Below, piece by piece: positions 1 through 13,700 of a stretch of DNA of 64,000 nt. The notes under the pieces are model-generated. The model searched no databases. It had not been told where the DNA came from and was given only the letters and a program-made list of their open reading frames with translations. The position numbers and the translations under genes are program-made. Source of the DNA: Mytilus edulis (taxonomy: Eukaryota); contig NC_092351.1 of NCBI RefSeq assembly GCF_963676685.1, positions 27,962,001-28,026,000 on the forward strand, given 5' to 3'. Within the stretch, counting starts at the first letter, position 1. Each line of letters opens with the position of its first letter.

Positions 1-130
1 TCAATGTTACTCTCTGTATCAAAATATGGTTCCTGTAAAATATTTTACCTCACATTATAATGCGTGGAACCTACTGAAAAATCTCTCTCTTACAGATACT
101 AAAGTTTAAACTAAAAGTAATTAGTTGTAA

Positions 131-357
131 GTGTTTAATGCAACTTTCAGTCCTCTTGTCTATATCATAGCGGTCGATTTTTATTACCAGTGGAAACACT
201 GGTAGGACGGACAACTGGTAATCATATTAAATACATGATAGATCGGAATCGAACGCACTTGCATGTTACGAGTGAAATTCGAACAAAAACCTCAGTGTTG
301 ACGGACAAATTACTACTGAATAACAAATACTTATATCTATCGACAACCGACGCCCTC
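131..357 (-). mobile_element. Degenerate tRNA-derived SINE (Deu/Nin-domain-like)
   Basis: Resembles the reverse complement of a common mollusc SINE (gtgtttaatgcaactttca...gcggtcgattttatt...gaaattcgaac B-box remnant...cgacgccc). Recognised from memory; heavily diverged. Confidence 0.4.
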
Positions 358-626
358 TGTACCGTTTGTTCAACCTTTTGTAACCCCCTATTACGTAACT
401 CTAGGTGAAATATTTAGTGAATGTTAAAACTCATAGTTAACATTATCAGCACCTTTTCTCGAGTCCTTGAAGAACTGTTTGATCAATGAATATGATAACC
501 TATTAAGTTCATGATATATACAACAATATTATGGACGTGGCAGAGAGCACATAATGTTTGAAAAGGAAGCATAGATCAGAGAATTGTACATGATAATATA
601 TTAATACTATATTTTATTAAATCAAT

Positions 627-878
627 ACCGGATTTGTAATCACATAAGCAACACGACGGGTGCCACATGTGGAGCAGGATCTGCTTACCCTTCCGGAGCA
701 CCTGAGATCACCCCTAGTTTTTGGTGGGGTTCGTGTTGTTTATTCTTTAGTTTTCTATGTTGTGACATGTGTACTATTGTTTTTCTGTTTGTCTTTTTCA
801 TTTTTAGCCATGGCGTTGTCAGTTTGTTTTAGATTTATGAGTTTGACTGTCCCTTTGGTATCTTTCGTCCCTCTTTTA
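627..878 (+). repeat. 3' end of a Penelope-like retroelement family (dispersed repeat)
   Basis: Near-identical to 26797-27033, where it directly follows an RT C-terminal coding remnant. A diverged copy lies at ~8680-8865. Confidence 0.75.
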
Positions 879-2961
879 CAACGAAATCAATTTATTTATT
901 GTCATAGATAATAGATAAAAAAAAATGAATGTTTCTACTAAGGATAAACCTTGCTGCAAAAAGGGTAATAACTGAAAAAGTATACTCAGTTTTGTATAAA
1001 TAAAAGTAGAAAACTATATCCCCAACATTTAATAATCTTTCCACTCGTATAATAAGGGGTAAGTTTAACCATAAAGGATGAACAACATAAATTAACCTTC
1101 CACCCGGGTCATATATGGTATGAGAGTGAACAGTGGACATTTGCACGTTTTGAAAATTGTAAGCATAAAACAATTGAAGATACAGTGTTATGCTTGTCTC
1201 GTATTGTCAATATAGTTCGATTCTATTTGTATTGCGTTGTTGTTTGTTTTTTGTTGCACTTCAGTGTTCTGTTGTTTAGTATTTTATTTTTAGTTGATGT
1301 GTGTCTCTCGGTTTTATGATATTACATTTGTACCTAACAATAAAGTAATATTTTGATAGGTCGAGTATAAATTTCTGATAATCAGATAATGGGAATATAC
1401 ATGTACTTAGAATGGTACATTCTTTAAAATGTCCCTAATATGTCAAACATACAATGATTTTCAAATATGTAGGTTTAAAAATTCCAAGTGTCATTCACGA
1501 AAAACGCTTTGGACGCAAGAATGTTTGAAGAGATTTTTTTTCATCTACAACATTTGCTTTTTTGACCATTCTGTCATATTTAATAAGGATTTTTGAGAAA
1601 TATTTTGGCCCGGAAAGTTCTACACCTAAAAATCTAACCTAGCTCAAATGAAAATGATTGAATATTTTGACCAACAAAATGAAGAAAGAGATGTGTACAA
1701 AAGTGAAAATAAATTTAAATCCACCCTTCCCCCATTAACATAAGGACTATGAAACGATCGTCCGTTAAAAGTATCGAATTTATTTAATTCCTTGCACTAC
1801 CTACATATTTATATGTGTTGGTGATGTTTGTAAACGTGGTTACACCAAAACATTTTCTGTAAACAAGTATATTTCGTAGCCTTCATTTTCATATTAAGTC
1901 CTAATTTTTGTTATGTGTACTCACCAATGACATTTTCGAATTCTATGCTTCACTTTCCAATACAGAGTTAACATTCACAGAAGAGCATGAAGAACATGCT
2001 GACATTAAGACATACAAGTTATATTGTTGGACATTTTTAGTAAACAGCTATCAATAAATATTGATCGATTTGAAATAATTTGCTCCATTTAAAACCCACG
2101 TCTTTTGTTATGATAACAAGTAAGATAGTATTGGAGTATTCATAAAGTTATTTGAAAAGTTCATATAGTTCTCCAAAGCAGGTTTATTCATAGATAACTG
2201 GGACACTATCTAGACTATTTTTTAAACATTAAAGTACACTTTAGAATTTCTGAATACTAGTATATAATTTGTATTTTTATTTTCGTTTTTAGAGGCAGTC
2301 AGTAATATTTTCGGTTGCTGATTTTTAAGGACGCTTAACTATGGTAACAGGAAATATTATGTAACAAATTCCTTTGATAGGATGAAATAACAGAACTGAA
2401 CATAAACCCGTAAAAAAATGTAAGAAAATACCTGTACCAAGTCAGGAACATGGCAGTTGTTTACGATTCGTAAGGTGTGCTTGAGCTTTTATTTTGTCAT
2501 TTGATTATGGACTTTTCGCCTACAATTTTCCTCTGACTTCAGTATTTTTATGATGTTACTTGATGCTATAATAAAAGGAAAACCTTCGAAACATAAAATC
2601 TATATAAACTTGAAAATGAACTTATACTGAAAAATAAAAACAAATTCAGGTCAAGAAGGTGTCATCATCACCACTGTCTAATTAATTTGAATTTTTAGGC
2701 GTAGTCTGTAATACATGAATAGGTATTATCACTGACAGATACATAAAATCTACCAGATCAATTTGGCTATCACTAGCTCGAGTGCAATACATTTATAAAG
2801 CGTACGCATCTTATCAAACGGTACAAAATACTATACTCGAAATGGGTCTTCAATGCAGCGAGAAAATTCCGCACCCGGAGATGCGCCTCCGCTGGCCCCT
2901 AAATAAAAATTTGTACTAGTCCATAACATAAGCTGTATTATATAGATCGTCCATCCCCTAC

Positions 2962-3321
2962 ACTGGCAAAATTGCAACGCATGTTTACCAGGTGTTTTTT
3001 GAAAACGTATGGTAAACATGCGTTTCACCATACGCTTACCATGTGTTTTGAGTAACAGTTGGTAAACATATGTTTGAAACCATGTGTTTCCCATATGTTT
3101 GAAAAACATGTTGTAAACGTGCGTTGACGAAAACATGTTTACAAAACGCATGTTTCTCATATAAACATGCGTTTACAATGTGTTTTCAAACGCATGTTTC
3201 CCATAAACGCATGTAAACAATACGTTCTCCAAACATGCGTTTCTGACATGTTTAGAAACGTGTGGTAAATTCCTGGTAAACATGCGTTTACATGCGTTGC
3301 AATTTTTGCTGTTTACCCAGT
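2962..3321. mobile_element. MITE-like foldback element built from aaacatgcgttt-type palindromic motifs
   Basis: Terminal inverted repeat gcaaaattgcaacgcatgt / acatgcgttgcaatttttgc. Interior is dominated by aaac(a/g)(t/c)(g/a)(c/t)gttt motifs. Confidence 0.65.
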
Positions 3322-4239
3322 AATCAGAAGGCTGGATGTATAGATTAAGTCGTTTTCTCACTAAAGGCTGTATACTTTAAAAGTATTTTGTAAAGTATTA
3401 AACAGATCTTCATATTCATTCTATTAGTCTTTTGATTAAAGCGAATATTGTTTTTTCTTAGAATAACAATAAAGAATATAGATTTTGACGGCGGATTATT
3501 ATTTTATTGTCAAGAAAAACACATCTCTTTCGGTTTTTATTATGTGGGTATTTCTGTTTGCTGTCGGAAAACACATAGATTTGTGTTGGTGTTTTTTTAT
3601 ACTTTAATTCAATTCATACTTTGCACAGTCTTCCCCATTTTAGATAATTGTTACTTTTTGATTCTCGTATATCATTGTTTCATTCACCAAGTATCTACCC
3701 AGCCGGTTAGTAAACGTTTTAGTCTGTGGTAAAGTAAATATAAATGTCTGCAATTTTTTTTTAAAGCTTAACGAGCTCGAGTGCATTTCTCCTTTTTTTT
3801 TGTTCTAAAGCACACCAAAATATATTGCTTTGAAAAGGGAGCACTTCTAAAGCTCTTGCATTACTTGGATATCTTTCTATGTATTGGGTATCCATATATA
3901 ACTTCGAAAAATTATTATTAGTTCAATTATAAAATAAAAAATTGAACAATACACAAAGAAATCATGTGTATCAAAGTTTTACAACTACGCAATAATTAAA
4001 ACGTAGAATGCGCATTTCTGAAAGAAAAAAAATCGAAGGTCGGATTTCGGATACCTGTCTGAAATAAGAAATCCCGTACTTTTGATTACTCAAACGTCCT
4101 GAACCAAGTTTTATTTGTAGTAATAGATAAAATCGTGTCTGTTGTTTCAACGAGTATCTTGTTCGTGGTCTGCTTCTTAGGACAAGTTAAAGCTGCATTT
4201 ACTGTCAATGAGGGTGAGTCGAACAATGTAATAATATTA

Positions 4240-4888
4240 GTTACATGGTGTTTGTGACCTAATACGATATATATATGGGGTCAGTAAATTTCATATGGGG
4301 TGAGAGCGAAGCTCGAATACCCATATATCTCATATTAGGTCACTAGCAGACCGTGTAACGAATTTACCTTACCGACTGTCTTCACATGCCAGTGGTATTT
4401 TGACTAGCAGCCTATCAAAGTGATCAAGTCTTCCATTCTTATTACTAAGATCCTACTTCCATTTGTCTATACAGAAAACAAATGCCAACAATAGCAACTT
4501 TTTAGCCTTTAATTTGTTTTATGAAATAATTTCAATTGTTACTTTAGTTACTTCGTCTGTTGGATCTTTTCAGTTTCTTTTGTTTTTTGAAAGGGAAGTA
4601 ACCCCGTTATGCCAGCAATAACAACCTGTTGGCTTTAATTATGTTTTATGAACTTATTTCAACCTTTCGTCATCAATTTCTTCATCTGTTGAATCCTTTC
4701 AGATTTTTCCTCAACACCGTGTTGTTTCTATGAAGGGTTGTGGCATCATTTTTTGTTGTGAAAGGGAAGTAACCATGTATTGTTGCTAACCCTATATTTT
4801 TTAGGACACCCTGTATAAAGTATACATAGTCACCATGTGTAGTCCTTTAACCAATCATATCTCTATAAATCTATAGAAGGTAAGATAA
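4240..4888. mobile_element. Non-autonomous element with terminal palindrome plus asymmetric short IR (Crypton-like architecture)
   Basis: Imperfect palindrome 4240-4359 centred on gagagcgaagctc; ttaccttacc (4364) pairs with ggtaagataa (4879-4888); internal ~125-bp duplication at ~4480-4775. Confidence 0.55.
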
Positions 4889-5127
4889 TGTAACATATAT
4901 GCCCGTATTCTACAAAGTCATCGAAGATAATTTATTGTAGCGTACATAATCAAATTTTAATAATGTAAGTTAAGATACACTTTGATTTTCGATGTTTCTT
5001 GATAAATTCCTTTTTTCTTAGCTCAAAATACACATGACATTATATTAGTTTCAAAATTAATAGTATAATAATAATTGTATGTGGTAATGAATGTATAAAA
5101 TACAATTGCAGAGTATAAGTGAATTAT

Positions 5128-7580
5128 TTAATTTAATTCTTTATTTATTTAAAGAGGATTGCCAACAGCCAGAGGCTACGCGTGGATCTCCTCAACATAG
5201 ATATATACAGATTCACAATTATCAAAGTTTTGAATACAAACATGTTAAACACAAGACAAGACAATATGTACAGGACAAGACATACAAATACTACACACCC
5301 ATCCAATCACTCGCTCATTCTTACTCACATGCACACGAATTAACAAACATGTATGATTCAGTAATATAAAATAGTGATTATGGAAAGACAATTTTGAGCA
5401 CAATCAGGTCAAAAAAAGTTTTTAAGCTATCGAGAAAATCTGTTCGAAGATTTAATAAATCGAAACACACACTCAAACATCTCTAAATTAGTATCATCAG
5501 ACAAATCATCACTACCTTCTATTAATATTTTGCTCAGATAGTTGGGACATAGATCCCGCAACATTGCTATATTTATATCTGGACAAAGCAGATTCTTAAT
5601 TCCAAGTAGAAGAGTAATCCGATAGTTCGTGTAACGGGCGCAATGAATTAAATAGTGCTCAGTGTTTTCAATGCAGTTACCTGGGCAGAAATCGCAAAAC
5701 CTATTTAATGTTAGATTATATTTATACAAGTGGTCATTAAGAGCACTAAGCCCTAAGCGTAATCTAGTATGAATCTTTTTCTCATAACCATGTCCTCGTG
5801 AATATATTTTTTTACTACAAAAATTGAGATTCTTTTTTAACAACCTTTTGAAACTTGCCAAAGATGTTGCTGTAATTAGTTCAGCTGACAAACTATTCCA
5901 GTCTCTAATCGTAGCTAGAAGAAAAGAGTTATAGTATGCTACTGTTCTTCACCTGATGGGTATCAGGTTAGCATGTCGTCTTAAGTTATAGTTTTCAGTA
6001 TTATGATGGAACAATGGATGAAAATTACAAAGATAATCTGGGACAAGATGATTTTTAATTTTGTACAAGTATGTAAGTCTATGAACTTGACGGCGTGTTT
6101 TGAGAAGCTCAAGACCAACCTCTTTCAATAAAGTGACATGTTTTGTGACCCTGATTGCCCCAGTAGATATAATGCAGGCACGTCTCTGTACATGTTCAAT
6201 GTTTGCAGAATCGGCGCTAGTGCAGTTATCATAGATGACATCTGCATAATCTAGCAATGAACGAACAAATGTTTTATATAATTTTTCAATGCATAATCTA
6301 GGTAATATATGTCGCATCCTCAAGATAGTGTTCAGTTTATTATGACATTTCTTACAAATATCAGCAATATGATCGGTCCAAGAAAGTTTATCATTCAAGA
6401 TAAGACCTAAATGTTTATGGCATGTAACTCTCTTTATATTTACATTATTTAAGATCAATGGAGGGTAGTGTGGTATTTGCTTCTTCTTAGAAATAATAAG
6501 ATACTCCGTTTTTTCTGCATTGAATGTTACACACCATTGCTGGGCCCATGTGTTCAACGTGACGAGGTCACTGTTCAGAGTTTGGAAACAATCAGAGATG
6601 TCATCAATTTGTTTGACAAGGGACGTATCATCAGCAAACAGTTTGATATTGCTGACAATTCCATCTTTAATATCATTCACATATATAAGAAAAAGCAAAG
6701 GACCGAGTATAGAGCCCTGGGGTACACCAGCATAGGTGTTTTGACTCGATGATGTCTGACCATTAATAACGACTCTTTGAGTACGACCTGAGAGGTAATT
6801 CTCTACAAGAGACAAAAATGAGCCACATATGCCAAATTGTTTAAGTTTGAAAATCAGGCCTTTGTGCCAAACCTTATCAAAGGCCTTTGAAACATCTAAA
6901 AAGATTGTACATACATCTTTACCGCTATCTAATGACTTGTAAATTTCGTGAGTAATAGTAATTAGTTGATTCACTGTTGAGTCGTTTTTCTTAAAGCCCG
7001 AATTTTCACTGATGAGTAAGTCATTAAATTCACAGAACTCATAGATAGCCTTGTAGATGACTTTTTCAAGGATCTTGGACACAGATGATAGTAGAGCAAT
7101 TGGTCGATAATTAGACATGATATTTTTGTCGCCTTTATTTTTGTACACTGGGCACACATTAGATACTTTCCAGAGAGATGGATATACTCCAGAATGGAGT
7201 GAGAAATTAAAGAGTTTAGTGAGTGGTTTATACAGAGAATGAGCACAGTACTTTAGGATAGGGTTTGATATACCATCTGGGCCGCATGACTTATGGGGGT
7301 TAGATTGGCGTAAATATTTAAGAACATCTTCTTCGACAGCTACTATCTCCTGAAGACGCTCCACTGTAAGAAAAGATAATGGCGGTAGAGCGGGCAAGTC
7401 ATTTTCATGTTGACCCAAGTGCATCTGAGCAGAAAAATAACAATTAAGGAGTTCTGCTTTCTCAAGATCATCAGATATCAGATTCATGTTATCTTTTAAA
7501 GGGGGGATAGTTCTATCTGAATTGTAACCTAACACAGATTTACTAAGGGACCAAAATTTCCTAGGATTAAGGTTTTCTCT
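5128..7580 (-). mobile_element. 5'-truncated L2/CR1-group LINE retrotransposon
   Basis: 10-bp target-site duplication AGTGAATTAT at 5118-5127 and 7581-7590; AATAAA plus short (TTAAA)-type tail at the 3' end; RT ORF inside. Confidence 0.92.
5427..7580 (-). pseudogene. LINE ORF2 reverse transcriptase plus C-terminal zinc knuckle; endonuclease missing, one in-frame stop
   Basis: Motifs NYRPIALLS, FLDVSKAFDKVWH, GVPQGSILGPLLFLIYVND, LFADD, HKHLGL and C-terminal CDFC..E.TEHYLIHC. ORFs 5949-7535 and 5427-5891 are in the same frame, separated by a single TGA at 5949-5951. Confidence 0.92.
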
Positions 7581-8967
7581 AGTGAATTATACAACAACTT
7601 GACGACATCAAAATCAATCTATTGTAACTTACAAAAAGCAAGCAAATATAACAAAATACTACGATTAAATGTCGTATAGTTTTGATAGCCACATAAACTT
7701 GTAGCAGTTTTCAACTTTTTTCTGTCATTTCATCCTTTCTCCTTTTGACATATATCAGTGGTATAAACAGATACAAAATAATAAAGAATAAAACATGTTC
7801 AGAAAAGCATTTAAATTTGTGATAACAATATAATAGATAAATAAACAAAAACGAAATAATAAACAAACAAAAACTTTCAAGAAACAAGTTCGAGAACACA
7901 ACTATTATTTGGGTCGTCCAGAACATGTTCACTTTTTACTCTCAAAACTAAAGAACAATTGCACTGAAAATATATGAATGTTTGAGCTTTAAACGTTGAC
8001 ACATCTGACCAAAATTGAACGGACTATGTGCCTCTTACCTATGAAAGTTTACCTGTAATCATGTCATCCATGATTCTTATAGTACATTAAGGATTTCGAC
8101 AATTAAAGTGGAAACTTGTTGCTATTGAAAAATCAAAAAGCATATCAAAGCCAAATCTCCTTTCTAAAAATACTGAATGGGTGTTCGAGTCAAATATAAA
8201 CACTCTTTGTATTATAAATATTAATTCTACGTATAATGCCGTGGTTTTTTTTTTGTTCCTACAGCAACCGATTTGGGATAAACAATTTTTCATAATATAG
8301 ATGACTGCAACGAGCATGGGAATTATTTTGTGTGCATAAGTGTTCTGATAATTGTGGGTGTTTTGCGGGAGATAAGGTCAGAGTCTACCTTCCTATGTAC
8401 TTTTAACTAATCGAAACTTTTATTTATCCACAGTCAAAGATAAATGTTGTTAAATATCTATAAATCAACGAAAATCATTTGTACATTTCAGATATCACCA
8501 CTTGTAGAAATGAGAATTTATTAAGAATTCTCTTAAATGCCTTACAGTCTAAGAACCAAAGTAAGAACGTTCAAACTATCATTATCAACTCATGCTAAAT
8601 TGCAATTATTGTTTACCAATACATTCAAACACAGAAGGAAAATGAAAATGAAAATGATTGTGAAAGTAAGACTTGTTCAGCCTATCCTTCCGGATCACCT
8701 AAGATACCCCCCACACCCGAACCCCCTCCCCGTTTTTAGTGGGGTTCGTGTTGCTAAGTCTTTGTTTTTCTATGTTGCGTTTTGTGTACTTTTTAGCAAT
8801 GGCGTTGTCAGTTTATTTTCGATTTTATGAGTTTGAATGTCCCTCTAGTATCATTCGTCCCTTTTTTGTAACAATGAAGAAAGATATTTCTTGAAAAATA
8901 AATAAAAATGTAATTCAAAAGACAATTCAGAATGTTACATTCATGATTGTTAATAAAATGAAAGATT

Positions 8968-9376
8968 TAATTCTTCAGCCGTATTTGGCACAACATTTTT
9001 GAATTTTGAATCTTCAATGCTCTTCAACTTTGTACTTGTTTGGCTTTATAACTATTTTGATATGAGCGTCACTAATGAGTCGTAAGTAGACGAAACGCGC
9101 GTCTGGCGTACTAAATTATAATCCTGGTACCTTTGATAACTATTTACACCACTGGGTCGATGCCACTTCGGTGTTGACATGAATATCAATAATGTGGTCA
9201 TTTTTATTGATTTCCTGTTTACGAAAAACTAAGGATTTTCTTATCCCAGGCATAGATTTAATTCTTTAACCGTATTTGGCACAACTTTTTGGAATTTTGG
9301 ATCGTCAATGCTCTTCAACTTTGTACTTGTTTGGCTTTATAAATATTTTGATATGAGAGTCACTGATGAGTCTTAT
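8968..9376 (+). mobile_element. Retrozyme-like partial tandem repeat, family A (~291-nt period)
   Basis: gccgtatttggcacaac...gctcttcaactttgtacttgtttggc occurs twice; hammerhead cores start at 9072 and 9363 (second truncated). Other fragments lie at ~11620-11725, 13610-13742, 18710-18820(-), 20095-20170, 29420-29570, 45001-45245(-) and 48303-48590(-). Confidence 0.8.
9064..9109 (+). ncRNA. Type I hammerhead ribozyme motif, family A (core mutated to CUAAUGA)
   Basis: gcgtca-CT(A)ATGA-gtcgtaagtagac-GAAA-cgcgcg-TC-tggcgt: helix I, helix II, palindromic helix III and a GUC triplet. Confidence 0.8.
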
Positions 9377-9467
9377 TAATTCGTTTTAGCTTAAACCATG
9401 AAAAACATTGCTAATTATTTTAATTTAGAAAAAAATATCAAAATAAAGACTCTAGATCTGCACTTAA

Positions 9468-10590
9468 GGTGGAGCGGGCCTATTCGAAGTTTCTGTCAGA
9501 AGTGACGTATTCTATTTTTTTTAATATTTTTAGACAGTAAATCAAATTGATGGAAAAAAATAGGGGGCCCAGATCATTTAAGGTGGCTCGCGGGTATAAA
9601 TCACCTTTTTTCAAACTATAGGATTTCGCTATTTTTTTCTTCAAATAAACTTCATCCAGTAAATTATTAAAAAAAATGAAATAAAAATATGGGGTCACCG
9701 TTCATTTAAGCTAACAATGTGCCTCCGAAAGAAGCATGCATTTTTGTTATAGTACTATTTTTCTGTTGAACTAATAGGAGAAAAAGAGTTCATATCGAAA
9801 TTAAAGAAAGAACTAAATAATAAAAATCGCTTAAAATTTAACTAGTTTAGTTTAAGTACACCTTATTTGAAAAAGTAATAAAAAAAATATAGGTCACCGA
9901 TGAGTTAAATAAAATATTACAATTTTAATGCAAAAAAATGACAATTTTGCACCAAAGGCAGATAATTTGGAGCTTTTTCAATCATATAAACATTTGAAAA
10001 GTCATCTGGAGTGAAAACGAATTGATTTTTTAGATAGTTTTTGTACCATATCATAAAGTAACAACTAATAGTGTAACAAATAAAATTTAAAATTAAAAAA
10101 AATGTTTAGATTTTTGCTGATTTTTTTGTATCAAGCTCAAACTATTACTTTTAAAGAGGTCACTAAAAGGGACCGTTTTTTTCAATGAAATGATTGGGAA
10201 AATATAGTGTTGACATAGTTTTATCGGTTTATCAAAAACACTCTGTGACACTTGGTCCAAAACTGTAAAATAAAAAGCTAAACTATAGCTTCAAAGAATA
10301 AGCAAATAAAAAATATAGGTCACCGATAAGAGAAAAAAGATATTTTGCCTTAAAACACAAAATTTTGGCAGGAAAATGGTGAAATTGGGTTAAATGTCAT
10401 TGTGAGTCTTTCACAGATCCACATAATAATGATAATATTTTTTTAGTTAAAGAAATACAATAATTTATCAATTTAATCAATCAAAATACATGTATAAAAA
10501 AAAGATAAAAGTGAATTTTCGAAACAAACTTTTCGTGTGCATGGTAAGTCATGCGCGAAATTATGCGCAGCCGAATAGTCCCTATCCACC
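9468..10590. mobile_element. Non-autonomous TIR element with TTAA TSD (Kolobok-like)
   Basis: ttaa|ggtggagcgggcctattcg ... cgaatagtccctatccacc|ttaa. A second ttaa|ggtggctcgcgggta start at 9582 suggests a nested insertion. The motif aaaatat(a/g)gg(g)tcaccg recurs. Confidence 0.7.
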
Positions 10591-11312
10591 TTAACTGACA
10601 AACTTTTTCTTTACATAAAACACGAATCAGCACCTCTTTCACAGATACACATAATAACGATAATATTTTTTAGTAAAAGAGGTACAATAATTTATCATTT
10701 TAATCAATCAAAATACATGTATATAAAAAAAAAAGTGAATTTACGACACAAACTTTTCGTGTGCATGGTAATGCATACGCGAAATTATGCGCAGCCGAAT
10801 AGTCCCTATCCACCTTAACTGACAAACTTTTTCTTTACATAAAACACGAATCAGCACCTCTTTCACAGATACACATAATAACGATAATATTTTTTAGTGA
10901 AAGAAGTACAATAATTTATCATTTTAATCAATCAAGATACATGTATAAAAAAAAATAAAAGTGAATTTTCTACACAAACTTTTAGTGTGCATGGTAAGTC
11001 ATGCGCGAAATTATGCGCAGCCGAATAGTCCCTATCCACCTTAACTGACAAACTTTTTCTTTACATAAAACACGAATCAGCACCTCTTTCACAGATACAC
11101 ATAATAACGATAATATGTTTTAGTAAAGAAGTACAATAATTTATCATTTTAATCAATCAAAATGCATGTATAAAAAAAATTAAAAGTGAATTTACGACAC
11201 ACACTTTTCGTGTGCATGGTAATTCATGCGCAAAATTATACGCAGCCGAATAGTCCCTATCCACCTTAACTGACAAACTTTCTTTTTACATAAAACACGA
11301 ATCAGCACCTCT
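10406..11312. repeat. Tandem repeat, 4 x ~225 bp, spanning the TIR-element end and its flank
   Basis: cgaatagtccctatccacc ends at 10590, 10814, 11040 and 11265 (periods 224, 226, 225). Confidence 0.92.
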
Positions 11313-12014
11313 GTTTCGATATTCATTATCATTGATATGGTCATAATTAAAAATCAATTGTTTGAAATACTTTTTGGAAATGCAAAGATTTTCAACCCTA
11401 GGAATAATTTTATTTTTTCATATTTTGTAAATAAATTATGCCGTTAGTTTTCTCGTTTAAATTGTTTTACATTAGCATTTCGGGGCCTTTCATAGATGGT
11501 AACCTTTGCTGATTATCGATGCCGTACGGAGACCTATGTGTAATTTTGTCTTTTGTGGAGAGTTGTCTCATCGGCAATCATACCACATCTTTTTCATATT
11601 AACTATATTTTGAGACAATTAGGTCTTCAACGCTCTTCAACTTCGTATTTAATTTGGTATTTTTTTTATGAAACGCTCATCTGGCGTACACAATTTCAAT
11701 ATTTGTATCAATGATGAGTTTATTATAAACGGAGCGGTTAGTATTGCGGTTTGACTCATGCTCATTGTCCAAGTATCTCATATGTCTCAAGCGTGCAGAA
11801 AGGGTCATTATACAATCGTTGCATATACAATGTGCAAATACAATATGCGATGATTGAAACTCTGGTCGATTTGTAAGTATTGAAAACTAAATAGCATTAA
11901 AGGCGATCGATGTATGCGTGATATACATTGTACTATATTTTACTGTCCCTCTGGTATCTTTCGCCTCTCTTTAACATTCTGTCAACGAGTTACATGTAAG
12001 AAGTATGATAATAA

Positions 12015-12065
12015 TATTAACGGTACCAATTTTCCTGCACCAGATGCGCATTTCGACAATACATG
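12015..12065 (-). ncRNA. 3' half of a family B hammerhead motif (truncated)
   Basis: Minus strand catgtattgtcGAAAtgcgcaTCtggtgcaggaaaattggtaccg is nearly identical to 55354-55399 but lacks the CUGANGA core. Confidence 0.7.
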
Positions 12066-12509
12066 ATAACTTATGAGACAACAATCCATCAAAGACCAAA
12101 TGAATTAGATATAAGCTAGGGTTTATTTGAACGCATAATAAATGAAGCAAAATCCATACAGTGAAGTATGCCGTAAAATACAGTGTACTAACATATAAGC
12201 TATGAACAAAGATATTTACCAGGTAGATGTTCCTTTAGCAAACCATCCTATGTTAATATTGTGGCATTGTTTGAAAATAAAAAACACTTATCAAAATCAT
12301 GTCTACATTAACCCAACTATGACAAAAAAGTAAAATAACAAAAGTACCGAACCACAAGGCAAATCGAAAAGTTCTGTATTAAATAAAACGACACAAAAAA
12401 ACACAAACATATCAAACGAATGGAAACAACTGTTCTATGCCTGACTTTGTACAAGAATTTCTTTAAATAAAAAATGATGGATTTAACCTGCTTTTTAAAT
12501 AAGTAGCTA

Positions 12510-13560
12510 AACTAGTCGCCTAAAACGGAAAATCTATCAACACGGTCTTGGTATCTTCCGATTAGCTTGTTTAAAAAAAGGACAAGATGTTCTTTAACAT
12601 AACCCTGGTTCATTAGATTTCTCCTCAGACTCTGGTGACGATTTAAAAAGTTTTGGTAGCAGCTGCAATTCCTTGAATACAGAATCAGTATGGCATATGT
12701 AAATGAAGTTTGGATAATGCTACTTATGTGGGGGATTGATAATTTCAATTATAAAATCGTCTCCTTTGTCATAGATTCTGGTACTGAAATTAGAAAAGTT
12801 TGGATTTTTTATGGAAAGAATATCATCAATATATATGAATGTAAAATAAAATAATCGGGCAACTTTGATCTTCTAGTTTTTGACAAATTCTGAAGGAAAT
12901 CCGACTCATATGTAATTTAAAAGATGTTGACAAGGAGAGGCGCATAGTTCGTTCCCATTGGAATACCGACAATTTGATGAAAAAGTCTACCTCCAAATTC
13001 AACAAATATGATGTAAATTGGTAACCTCAACATTTAGATCACTTTTTTTTATCTGTGAAGTGTATGCTACCATTTTTATAGTGAAAAACATTGTAGAATA
13101 TTCTTTTAAACGATTTTTTGTTTTCACATGGGGAATTGTGTTGTACAATAATATTAAACGTTTGGATATAATTAATTTTAGAAACAGATCGGGATTTAAA
13201 ATTATCTTATTACTCCTTTACAGTTATACTAGAATCTGCATATGGTTAATACCACTAGGGAAATAAGTAATTACACAGTATTTTTGAACATCCCCTTCAC
13301 TGCGGACAGCTTTTTGTCAATTTAATTGACAGTTCCTTTTAGAACATGCAGATGATCCGACGATGTACGCTTGTTTGTATGGAATGTTTGTGGTGCTTAG
13401 TTATCGAATACAAGCAATGTAAGTGATCAGGTTTTCTGTTCAATTTTATGTTCCTAGAAATCATAAAGGACTTATGATTTGCCATAACCTCATCCTTGTC
13501 AAATATTTTATTACCTGAGCGCGCATTTATTCCTAATTCTTTTACAAAAGACTCGTAATA
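12510..13560 (-). pseudogene. Degraded Penelope-like RT remnant, same family as 21300-22757
   Basis: Minus strand reads IFVEFGGRLFHQIVGIPMGTNYAP and RHQSLRRNLMNQGYVKEHLV...IGRYQD, with many stops and indels. Confidence 0.85.
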
Positions 13561-13657
13561 ATAGGATTTTATTTATATCACTGTACTAAAGGTTTCTCGA
13601 TATAACTACGTTGTTCTTCAACTACTTTATTTGGCCCTTATAACTTTTTTAGATTCG

Positions 13658-13700
13658 AGCGTCACTGGTGAGTCTTATGTAGACAAACGCGCGAATGATG
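13658..13700 (+). ncRNA. Decayed family A hammerhead motif
   Basis: gcgtca-CTGGTGA-gtcttatgtagac-AAA-cgcgcg: core and GAAA both damaged. Confidence 0.6.

Noticed and set aside
660-911. Short hydrophobic ORFs in repeats (e.g. 660-911, 8537-8830, 23394-23606, 28754-29050, 31145-31471)
   Set aside because: They arise from T-rich repeat or low-complexity DNA; frames are not conserved between repeat copies.
5949-5951. In-frame TGA in the LINE at a position where Cys is plausible (possible selenocysteine/readthrough)
   Set aside because: No SECIS recognised and the copy is 5'-truncated; a simple nonsense mutation suffices.
10406-11312. CRISPR-like array (also considered for 62892-63048 and 45277-46209)
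   Set aside because: Units are fully repeated with no unique spacers, there are no cas genes, and the context is eukaryotic.
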